This document shows positions 53,701 through 64,000 of a DNA stretch of 64,000 bases, piece after piece; position 1 is the first letter of the stretch; each line of letters starts with the position of its first letter. Origin of the DNA: Balanoglossus misakiensis (lineage: Eukaryota; Animalia; Hemichordata). The translations under genes and the position numbers were made by a program. The stretch lies in assembly GCA_040954595.2 (NCBI GenBank), contig CM082593.2, forward strand, positions 3,179,434 through 3,243,433, in the 5' to 3' direction. The notes beneath the pieces were generated by a model. That model made no database searches and was not told the DNA's origin. It saw nothing but the letters and a program-made list of their open reading frames with translations.

Positions 53701-54789
53701 AAATATATTCAGAAGTTACGGGAAGTTTTAAAGTTGTGATATAAAACGAAAGAATAGCAATATTAAAGGTTGGCGAATTATTATTCCAAATATAAAACAT
53801 ATACCTGCCGATGGAAATTTCAGGACTCTTAATGTTTTTATCTATTCTCACAATGACATTGTTAGTAAAACATAAGTATTCCGAGAATTTCTCTCAACCC
53901 ACGATTTTGTCTTTACTATAGATCTCACAGAGATATGTCCAGTGTCCTTTGTTTTAGTATATAACCAATCTTACTGTTATACGGATTCTATTTGAGTCTT
54001 AACATGATTTATAGCAAGGCAATTAACGTCAGGTGTAGTATGATATCATCTGTAAGTCTAATAGCACCAAGATTTCTGATGAAACTGATGACTTTGCGGG
54101 ATTAATAGAAAGCGGTAAACCGCGATTCCCATGAATAATCGATGTTGTCAGAATGTTAATGTCCTTATCTATAGATAGATGTATGAAGGCTTGTAATTAG
54201 TTATTTTAAGTAGTATCATCATCTTTCGGTTTTCAGAGGAAATAGTAAAACCTTTCTGTCCCAAAAGCGCCGTGCCTATGGCCGAGTAATTCATGACAAT
54301 CTTGCCAACAGATTAGAAGTGATCTAACATCTTAAGACAGAAAAAAATCTGTTACCGTATTCCGGGAAATGAAATGCACATATCTTCGACGTACGCGCAG
54401 AGAGAAAATGTGACCCGCTTTGAAACAATGTTGAGGATCAGATAAAATCTGTCCTCAGCATGTCTAATACTAAAGGATGACGTCATCAACCGATAGCCAA
54501 ATGACGTTTAAATGCCACTCTAATGTAGACATGGTTGGAGATGAAAGGGTTTTCAAACTTGCAGAGACATGAGAACCGGGACGCGGGAATGTAGTATCAA
54601 TATTTATCTCCGATTCATGAATGCCAGGGTACTCTGACAGATGACTGTGTATATATCTCATTGGTCTGGGTTTTGGATTGATTGTCGATTGTTAAAACAT
54701 TCGAAAATGACATTCTTTGCTTTCTGAAAGAGGGGTTTAATCACGCGTGAACTATGAATGTCTGCGAGATGTAAACACATTGTATAGGC

Positions 54790-54876
54790 TGTTGCGAAGA
54801 AGTACAAGGAACACAGTCTTCTCTCGAATCGACCATTTATTCGACCATGGATACGAACCAATACGATCTCGCAACG
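54790..54876 (-). repeat. Dispersed ~87-bp LTR-like repeat, copy 2
   Basis: Matches 18080-18156. Inverted ends TGTTGCGAAGA...TCTCGCAAC; on the minus strand an AATAAA lies ~46 nt before a ...GCAACA end. Confidence 0.8.
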
Positions 54877-57800
54877 TCCGGAAAATCGTCCATTGTATAT
54901 TCCCGGTGTTTTGATTATATTATTATTCAACTGACGTTTTCTCATTTTACTGTAATAACGAAGCGATTCCATCTAACTGTTATTTCACTTACACAAGAAA
55001 TCAATTTGTAAATTTCCAGGTAAAGCTGTATTGGGTTTCGCACAAAGCAGGGAAGCCATTGTACCGCCAGATAGAGACAATGTGAACGTTTTCTAAAATG
55101 TGAAGATTTCAAGAAGTACGAATAAAAGTTGGCGGTGGAACTGCAATCTTGTCGAATGTGGGACACTGAAGCGACGATTATTTATTGCATTGCGGTTTTG
55201 ATGCCATTTCGCATGCACATATTGACGGGACCGATCTCGTCTGATGTTATCGGCCACCCGAAGGCTGCTGACATTTTCAGAGTCAAATCACGGGGTAAAA
55301 ATAGAACGCGGAGAAAGACGACGATGCGTTAGATTATCATGGGCGGCCGCCCCTTGCCGCGCTGCCGAGGCGCCGAGTAACATGACAGCACTTGCAGACG
55401 GCGACATTAAATACCTTCCACCGTAATCAAAGATGATGCATATGCCGCCGCAGCTAAAATTAATGAAATTGGAAATTATCAAGATTGATATCAAAATGAG
55501 CTTGTAATTAATCGAAACAAATTAGGTAAATTAAAAGTGATCATCCATCCCTTAGGATCGGTGTACCGGAAAGCTTAAGTAATCATTGTAATCTACTGGT
55601 AGTTGAGATAGAATACCGCCCCACAAACGCACAAATAATGAATTGTACGGAAGAATCATGCTAACTGCCATTAAGTAGCGCAAGTTAAGAGATTTGCAGT
55701 TATCCCTTCTGCGTATAGCAAATGTGAATTATTGGTTTATTCCCTGCATCTGTAATGGAATAGACAACCACTTGTTGTTGTTTTGAGTATATGTCAACGG
55801 TCTGCACATCCTTCATATGAAAACGGGATTCCGAAACGTCCATTATCTACGCTCGGTGAATAAATATTCCTATACTTTATGTGAAAAAGATTCAAAAAGC
55901 CTAACATGTTTCATCATGAGAATCATATGGTAATCAGGAATGAGACACTTATCCCGCACCGTCGTTATAACTGGAACGCTTTTGCATGCCTGGTTGAACG
56001 TCGCAGTCTACGCCTACTCATCTCAGACACCTGGTACCACGGCAACTTTGACATTTGCGGTTCGCGATGGTCCCTCTATTCATTTGAAAGTACGCAATCT
56101 CAAAGGTCAAAAGATCTCCACTGACCCTAGTCCACGTGATAACATCCGGCCAATAACACCCGTCTATCCGAACGCCTACCCTTCATGTACGATTGAATCT
56201 TTTCACGTCCAATCTCGCGCGATGTTTTAAATAGAAAACACACTTAAAATTATCAATGGAATTGATCTGAGACACTTGTCTCATTAAATCCACGCCAGAG
56301 CAATAGTATACATACTTAATGATTTTACGTTCTCTGAGTGACAAATATATTTGCCTTAACCAGAATCATTGTGAAAAACGATGGAAAGCTTCTATACGCT
56401 AGGAGGGGGGCGATGCGTTTTGCATGGTACAATAACCTTTCCGTTAGTAAAATATCAAGCAATCTTTTTTTAAATTTTCACTGACCCTGACGTAATGTGG
56501 TAAATTGCAACATCGATCGTCTCTCAACGAGAAAGTGCATTATCCTACATCTCGTATACAGGTAAGGTACATGGAAAACTAACCTGAAATGGAACAAATA
56601 CATGTCAGTTCCAACGTGTGTGGCCGGTCTGGCTACAGAGGTGAACTGACAAATTTTATGCACAATGTCCTTTTATATCAGCAACTACATCATAGTGCCA
56701 GATTAGCTTGGGTTCATTGGTCAAATGAAACTTCCAGGTGGTTTGCATATAATTAAGATCAACCAATTGAAGGTAAGTACTATCATGTCATATGAATAAT
56801 TGAATAACTAATTACTGCAAGATACAGGTATTACATACATACAGATATACAAGTCATACAAATTCAATGGTTCAACAAGGCCGTTACAAAATGTAGATCA
56901 GGTCAACATTTTACTGCCCTCTATTTCCCCGTATGATTTCTGACATGTCTTTTTTCTTGTGTATCTCACGGATCGGAGCGTCAAATCTCATGCGCAATTA
57001 CACAGGACTTCGACCACATTAACCCGCGCTTTCGAAAACGCAATCGACGTGTTTTCAGAGGAGAACTAGATGAAGCAAGATAACTCGATTAATGACATTT
57101 ACAATAGCAATGTTTAATACGCGGGCTGCCTTATCAGCGGCGACCTTAATTGAACGGCGTTTCCTTCGCGGTAATCTGTGAGCGTGAGCACGCGTCCTGT
57201 ATCTTTAAAAAAATTGCTGTAAAACTTTCATGCCCTGTGGAATAGAAACTGATGTCCATAATCCGACATCAACGGGAACAGCCATCTGGATGATTGCGCG
57301 TAAACGTCAGCTTATCTTATTAATATTATACCGCACGCGAGGTTGGCAACAATCCCGTACGTCATATGCTTTGCTGCTATAGAATATTGCAGAAAATTGA
57401 AACGCTCGTGCAAACCATATGCACGACCTGGCATTGACAATGATTTCTGCCAAATCGATCATTAGTATTAGCGATACGACGGTCTCAACTCCACAAAGAC
57501 CAATCAGCATAACTGGGACAATATTAGTCGTACCTGAACACATGTGTAGCCCATAGACGAGTACCTAAACATGTCATCATGACCTTGAAGTAGAACGTGA
57601 AGAAAGGGTAACTAAAAAGCTAATTGACTTATCCGCGACACGAAATTAAATATCTAAATACTTTCAGCAAAACTGCCATCCCATTACAAGTGTACACTTG
57701 TAGGTATGTGCTTAAAGACGCATATCTTCATAAGGTGGCCTTCGTTGGTGGCGTCGCTGCTTTCTATAAGTTGAGATGGGAAGGAGAGATGAGAAACCCT

Positions 57801-60800
57801 CAGATTGATTAATTTGGTCTGCTGACGGTAATTAATGATGAAATTCAGTCTGTAATTTGTACGAGCTCATCTTCATCATCGTTGCCCGAAAGGAATCAAT
57901 TCATCCTCATATCTTCGATAGGCAGTCGTAATCCTAGCTGTCCGTCGAAAGTTAAGGAATTGGATTATTGTCCACGGTGGTTCATATATCACGAGTATTT
58001 ATCGAGGAAACTTAGCACAGATTTACATCAAAGTTCTTGTCAAGTGTTTTCTGTGAAAGAATTGGACTTGGCTGAGACAGTCATGTATCTATTGAAATCA
58101 TGAAGTCACAGATTCCATATATATCAAACGGCATGCGCAGTATCAAGCGAGAGAGAGAGGGAGTTGTATTATTATAATTCAGTCTTGAAAACTTCCAATG
58201 TGAGATTGAAAATAGGATAACACGGGTAATTTTTCTCCGAAATGAGACAATGTCTGTTTGCTGTGTGACAACCCTAGCCTAACGACCCGGATGCAAATGA
58301 CTTTCCTGAATACCAAATTTTCATTCAACTGGTCTTTTATCTACATATAATTCTCTTCTTATTATATTTGTGCTTTCCACTGTCATTGCTCTGTACATGA
58401 AACGGATAGCGAGATCATTTCAGCCCATTCTGTCATATATTTCATTGGCCTGTGTACGCCAGTTGTGGTCATTGATCAATATATGACATAGTTCTCTGTA
58501 TCTTGTGAAGCCTTGTGAATGATATCACTCGGCACAAGAATATACCTGGATTAATACCGGACAATACGTGTCAATCAATCTGTATTCACTAGGTTCCTTG
58601 CACGAGATGTCTGCAATATGTGTCCGGTTTTTATTCATTGTGTCCCAATATATCTCAGTCGTTTTCGAACATTGGGAATTAACACACCAGGCTTTAGCTG
58701 TCGTAAATCATAACATCGCCCTGGATGTTATCGTGAAATCGAACGCAACCCGAAACTCGTTAAGGCGAAGCGCGCGAGAGATTGAATTCTATTTCCAGCA
58801 ACGTGCACTTAAATAAAATAGTGAAAAGGCCATTCAAACTAGGATAAATAAGGTGGCCAAAGTAATATGTCTGACCACCAGAATTTTACGCCATATTCAA
58901 TGAATAAGATGGTGTGTTTTGACATATGCCACATGGTTTTTATTATGTCTTTAATGGGATAATTCCTGTAATTCAACGACTGAGTGAATTCTGGAGAGGC
59001 GCGCGCGCTGCTGATATGTATACCATCCTTGGAAAGAGATAGCATCGTGCGTGACGTATGTTCGAGCGCTCTCCGCTGATATAAGCTATAAGATCTAACA
59101 TCAGAACTAATAGCTGTGTTACAACCAGGGTAATGCGTGTAGGGATGGTGGCTTGAACATTACAGCGGCAGCACCAACCCTGATGCTTCAGCAGCCCGGC
59201 GACTGCATGATCCGAGCAAACGCTACCTTTTGTTAAACATCCTTTGAAAAAAATAAACTCAATTATTGAACCGGGGACTTCGCTTGCAATGCTTGATACG
59301 TTGCCATTGAACGCGAGGATGACGTCATCATCCACCAGAATCTGTTTGTTTCTTTAATTTAAAGTTTATGTTCTAAGAATAATTGTGATAGTGCAGCGAT
59401 ATATAGTCTTGTATACCAATAAACGTTAAGTTTCTTCCAAATGCACCTCGCCATCATGAAATCTACACCCTGGTATTATTGAGCCATTTTGAATAAGCTC
59501 GGTGATTGAGCTTTACGGCCATTGAAAATCCAGCGAGATAAGCCATGTTACAAAGTCTTATATGAAATTAGACTAGACACAGAAGATGCATTGCATCGAA
59601 TTACTTACCAGAAACACGGTATCTACAGACGCTGGCACATCCAAGGCAGCCTCGGATATTCTTTTCGGGCAGCGGAATCGAAAGTTAAGCCAATCGCCAA
59701 CACAAGTGCAAAACTGCAAAGCCGGTCCCGCTCGTCATCACGTTGGAATTTTCATCGCCGAGTTGGAAATGTATTGGCGGGGACTAGATAGCGATAGACA
59801 TAAAATCATTGACTTTGGGGGCAGGTGTCCCTTGAATAATCCTATACCGAAGGGAAAACAAGACGCATGGCTCTCCGTCGTCGAAATTAAACAAGCATTC
59901 ATAAGTAGAACAAATTAAGCAGAACAAACCGTTCTCAGGGAGCCATAAATAATTCAATCAAATGAAGATGCGCCCTTTTAAGTCAGACTAGCGATTGGCG
60001 AAATGTGCAGCGCCGAGGCTCGTTCAACGAACATTTTAGTACCCTCGTTCAAGATGTCTATCAGGTACAAGTGGCATTTGGGTAGAGGATATAAATAAAG
60101 TTAAAATCGAGGTGAGGCTGTATTTCATTGTGCACCGCGTAATTTGGCTGAGGTCGTTTGAGGTGCCATGGTATACATGCATAGGGAACAGACCTTGTAC
60201 TTGAAGTACATTCAACTTGCATATAGAGTGAACAATTGTTATATACTGTATATATGCAAACGGTACAGCATCTTCTCGCGTCAAAACTGGCGTAGTTCAC
60301 GGTTTTGTGAAGTCAAATACTTTTAGCAGTGTCAATCTTCCCACACAAAACATGGCGAGAGTGTTAACTCGGTTGGTTTAATTTTAAACTTTTCATTAAA
60401 ATAAATCGATCCGATGGAGGTGTTATTGCCGGAGGCCCTACAACGATATATTGATCGGTGGATCTAAACAAAGACATGTTCCTCCAAGATCAATTAATGA
60501 TATCAGTTTGACGATCCTCCTCCATATTTATATATTCCATCGCCATGACCCTGGGGAACTAGCTTCCCTACAGTATTTGATATATCATTTTAATTTGTAT
60601 GTTTTTGACAAATAATTCTGATGACGTGGCAGGATATGTAAGTAGATTAAAAATGAAATGAAATATATACGTCTGACGGAAAGAACTTCATCGGATCTGA
60701 CAGGAGTGTCACCTTTTTCAATGTAACCGGTGATTGGCTTCAGAACTGAGTGAGACGCACATGTATGGGATCCATTCATCCAATCCGTCAGAAGCAGACC

Positions 60801-61662
60801 ACGGGTTATTAACATGTGCCCCACATAGGCATAGTTCGTGCTTTTCATGCGCAAAAAATCACATTATCATTGAATAGACTGACTTCCAATTTATTCAAAT
60901 TTACCAGAAAGAACTTCGGGAATTACGTGGCGTGTTCCAGTATAGGCGGAAACTTCTTTCAAATAATTTCCATGACGTTGTGCGGTATCATTTCCGCGAG
61001 TTCGATCATTTGCGATCAAAGGGAAAAGTTTGATTACCAGAACAAGAGACTATATAACATTAATGTTCAGTAAATTCGAATGAATGCAACAAACCACGAA
61101 TGATTCCGCCCTCACAGACAGAAATTAAAACTTGAGTTGGCAAAGATGTGACGTTCAAGATGTGATCAACATTACTACGCGCCAAACCCACCATAACGAT
61201 TTCCTAACTGAAGGACACAGCGCCACCAAACTTCTGTTTAGCGGGTTATCTCCTTTGTGAAAGTATATAGGCCTAGTCATCAATGCAAAAATATATTATA
61301 TGACTGAAGTTACCTTTTATGGCGACTAGGAAACCTGCTAGAGAGCGCCCTCCTCGAAAGACGAGTTAGAATTCTTGATAAAGCTTATAGTACATGTATT
61401 CATCGTCGGTGGCTTTGTTTCATCATGTTCGTCGCTTCCCTTTCAGCTACATTGTGTACAACGATTGTGAAATCGTGACCAGCAAAAACAAATATCACGT
61501 AATCGCTCTTTCGGTCGTTTGGTAAGGTTTCCAACCCGAGGCTATACACCGATATTACGCAGTTTTGATATCCTATTACGTTATCGCGTGTAATACATAC
61601 CTGGTGATGAACGACGAAGCGGCCATGTGTGTTTTATGTTGGTCAGCAGTCATCATATGAAT

Positions 61663-61725
61663 GATGATTGCCACTTTGCATATTACACCCGGATGATTGC
61701 CACTTTGCATATTACACCCGGATGA
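61663..61725. repeat. 29-bp perfect tandem duplication
   Basis: GATGATTGCCACTTTGCATATTACACCCG x2 plus GATGA. Confidence 0.92.
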
Positions 61726-62344
61726 CAAGTGCCAAGGCAAACTTTAATGGTGTTTCCGTGTTCAATTCGTGGTTCAAACCAATGGTTATAGAATCACTCT
61801 TGACGTCGAGTGTACTTCGCGCTGATAAACACACTCGAGACGTCTAGACTACTGAGCTGCGGGTAAACTAACTGAACTGACAGTTTCATTAAAAACGGCA
61901 CGTCGATATGACAACCTCGGCCTCAGATAAAAATGCACATACAAGATCCATATGATATAGTTTCATGGTCGTTCGGATGCTCTAAGCTCTATGGACAACA
62001 GTTGTTCATATTTTTTCAGAATAAGTATACCTGTATTTTGCTTGTTTCTGTGAGAAATCCTGTGCAATATGCAAGCCACTTGGGATTATTTGATTTCCTC
62101 TTAGCAAGAATATGCGGTTACCATCGACGGCTGACCTGACCTACAAAAGTCATTTTATTAGCAGTAGTAATCGATATAAGAGCAGACAGTGGCATATATC
62201 TTTTTGTTTTATGTAACTACCCCTCTGCCATTTCCTGATAACCAGTGCCTGAACTCACATTTGAATGATTATTGCATTAAACCTCTAATAAGGCTGGCCA
62301 GATGACATTTCGGTTTTATTGAACAGCGGTTAAACTCCTCTGAT

Positions 62345-63105
62345 TCTGACGCAATCCATCCAGCTGCAAGTCTGGCTTTCTGACGTGGCCGTCAAGGGTT
62401 TGACAATCAGCCGTCGCAAAGACGCTATGTAATGGCGTATTGATGTACGTTGGGATGCTGAGCTACTCAGGAAATCCCGTCAGAGCACGTTTTCTCGCGC
62501 TGTGTCTAGAGTTATTAGGCGTTGTTAACTCCCCAAAACAAACGGAGAGAAGACAAAACAACGACTCTTCGGCACCTTGATAATGTTTTATCAACGTGCC
62601 GACAAATCTTCTTATTTTGTGAACTTATAAATCATGGTTACTGTAGGCAAGAGTTTTATATATTTTTTTTACATTTAGACACTATTATACTTGTAAACAA
62701 CGTAAATGTTCTTTGAGTTTTGTTCGCCCTAGCCTCTTGCAATTTCCCGATAACCACTGGCAGTACCTGAACCCACGTTGGCCTGACTGTTTAGTACATT
62801 AAACCTTTGATAAGAATGGTGGGTTGACATTTCGATTTAAATTAACCACAAAGAAAGTCGTCCGAGTCTGACGCAAATAATCAGAACAGGCTGGCTGTTT
62901 TACCTTGACAGATAAGGGATTTGCACTCAGCCGTCGCAAAGACGCTTTTAGTGCGACGGATCTGCTGGCGGCTACAACCAGGAGATGACGTTCTCTCGCA
63001 CCGGTACGCCTTTATCCGAAGTCATTATTCGCAATTAAACTGATAGGAGACAGAACAACGCCTGAGCATATTGCTTTCAACGTCTCCAAATAATGTTTTA
63101 TCGAC
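62345..63105. repeat. Old diverged tandem duplication, period about 510-520 bp
   Basis: Colinear shared blocks: TCTGACGCAA (62345/62867), TCAGCCGTCGCAAAGACGCT (62407/62927), ATAATGTTTTATC (62580/63090). Confidence 0.75.
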
Positions 63106-64000
63106 ATCTCACCATTCCTGGCATTTGACTGTTTGTGCTGGAGCACAGTGTGCTGTAAATGCCCACTGCAACGATACAGTTTTCACTGGGATTTAATCCA
63201 ACGTTTCAAATGCGTGGATTTGTCTATAAAACAATGAGTTATATTGTAACCTTACATTTTCACTGGTATTTGATAGAGTGGATTTTATCAATCAGCGAAA
63301 ATACTGACATCAAACCCCAGTTGAACATATAAATATAATATGCCAAACTGTTGTGTGACATTTGTAATGGTTCTTGATAAACATTAAAATTATATGGACA
63401 TGCCAGAACGGGTCAACTTTAAACGCTGTCACCTACTTCCCTCTTATATTTAAAATTCTAGTCAATTTATTGCCCCCAGTTAGTTACTATGGTAATGAGT
63501 GACATTTGGTCACACCAACTCAAATTGGAACAGTTCTATCTAAATGCTTGAAGGTCTACTTGTCCCCATGGCTATTCTTGCTTCTCGCGAGAGTCGCAAT
63601 CAAGGAGAGTGTTATGGACAGGCCCGGCAGGACATTCACGCTGAACTCATCATCTTTGCTGGCCCAGTCTCCGTTTGGGGCGAAGATTTGCATTCTCCAT
63701 CAGCGGAGCACGTCCCTTGATGGCACGGGGTTGCACCGCATAATCAGAAAGAGCACGTGACCATTCCCACTTTGAATGACTCGATACATGTCCGGTAAAA
63801 CTGCCACTTTTATTGAGAATAAATAAAAGGGTAAGAAAGATTCTTGTCATGAAGCTATACAGCGAGCATCCACAACCCATATTGTTCGCAAAGATGTACA
63901 TTGTAGCATTTACACTTTGCGCCCTTGACTTGATAGCAAGTATGGGAGCCATACACGCAGCCGCAGACGGCACGACACCCACCCTTTAAGAAAGAATGAG

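Noticed and set aside
1-64000. Prokaryotic-type systems (CRISPR arrays, operons, IS elements), tRNA/rRNA genes
   Set aside because: The sequence is intron-containing animal DNA; no repeat-spacer arrays or recognisable structural RNA genes were seen.

Overview
AT-rich eukaryotic (animal) genomic DNA. The gene content and repeats suggest an invertebrate deuterostome such as a hemichordate, but the taxon is only an inference. The left 24 kb holds three minus-strand genes: (i) a 5-exon type II membrane glycosyltransferase of the O-fucosyltransferase-like family (165-3075, 493 aa); (ii) choline acetyltransferase, ChAT (14 coding exons, 5327-14473, 661 aa, every junction GT-AG and phase-consistent); (iii) an intronless vesicular acetylcholine transporter, VAChT/SLC18A3 (20642-22249, 535 aa). 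ChAT and VAChT form the 'cholinergic gene locus'. From the sequence I infer a shared TATA-driven first exon (~23521-23615) that can splice either to a weak AAG acceptor before VAChT (22381) or across VAChT to a ChAT acceptor (14585), which would nest VAChT in ChAT intron 1. An AUG in that exon would open an ORF overlapping the main start codon out of frame in both mRNAs. A cluster of three RFX X-boxes lies ~0.75-0.85 kb upstream of the TATA box. The remaining ~40 kb (24-64 kb) has no recognisable host gene and is rich in CRE and POU-octamer motifs. It contains a 359-bp TIR-bounded mini-transposon carrying a frameshifted CXC zinc-finger exon, a short LTR-like dispersed repeat and small duplications. 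The nested locus itself is a known architecture; its regulatory details here are the candidates for novelty.
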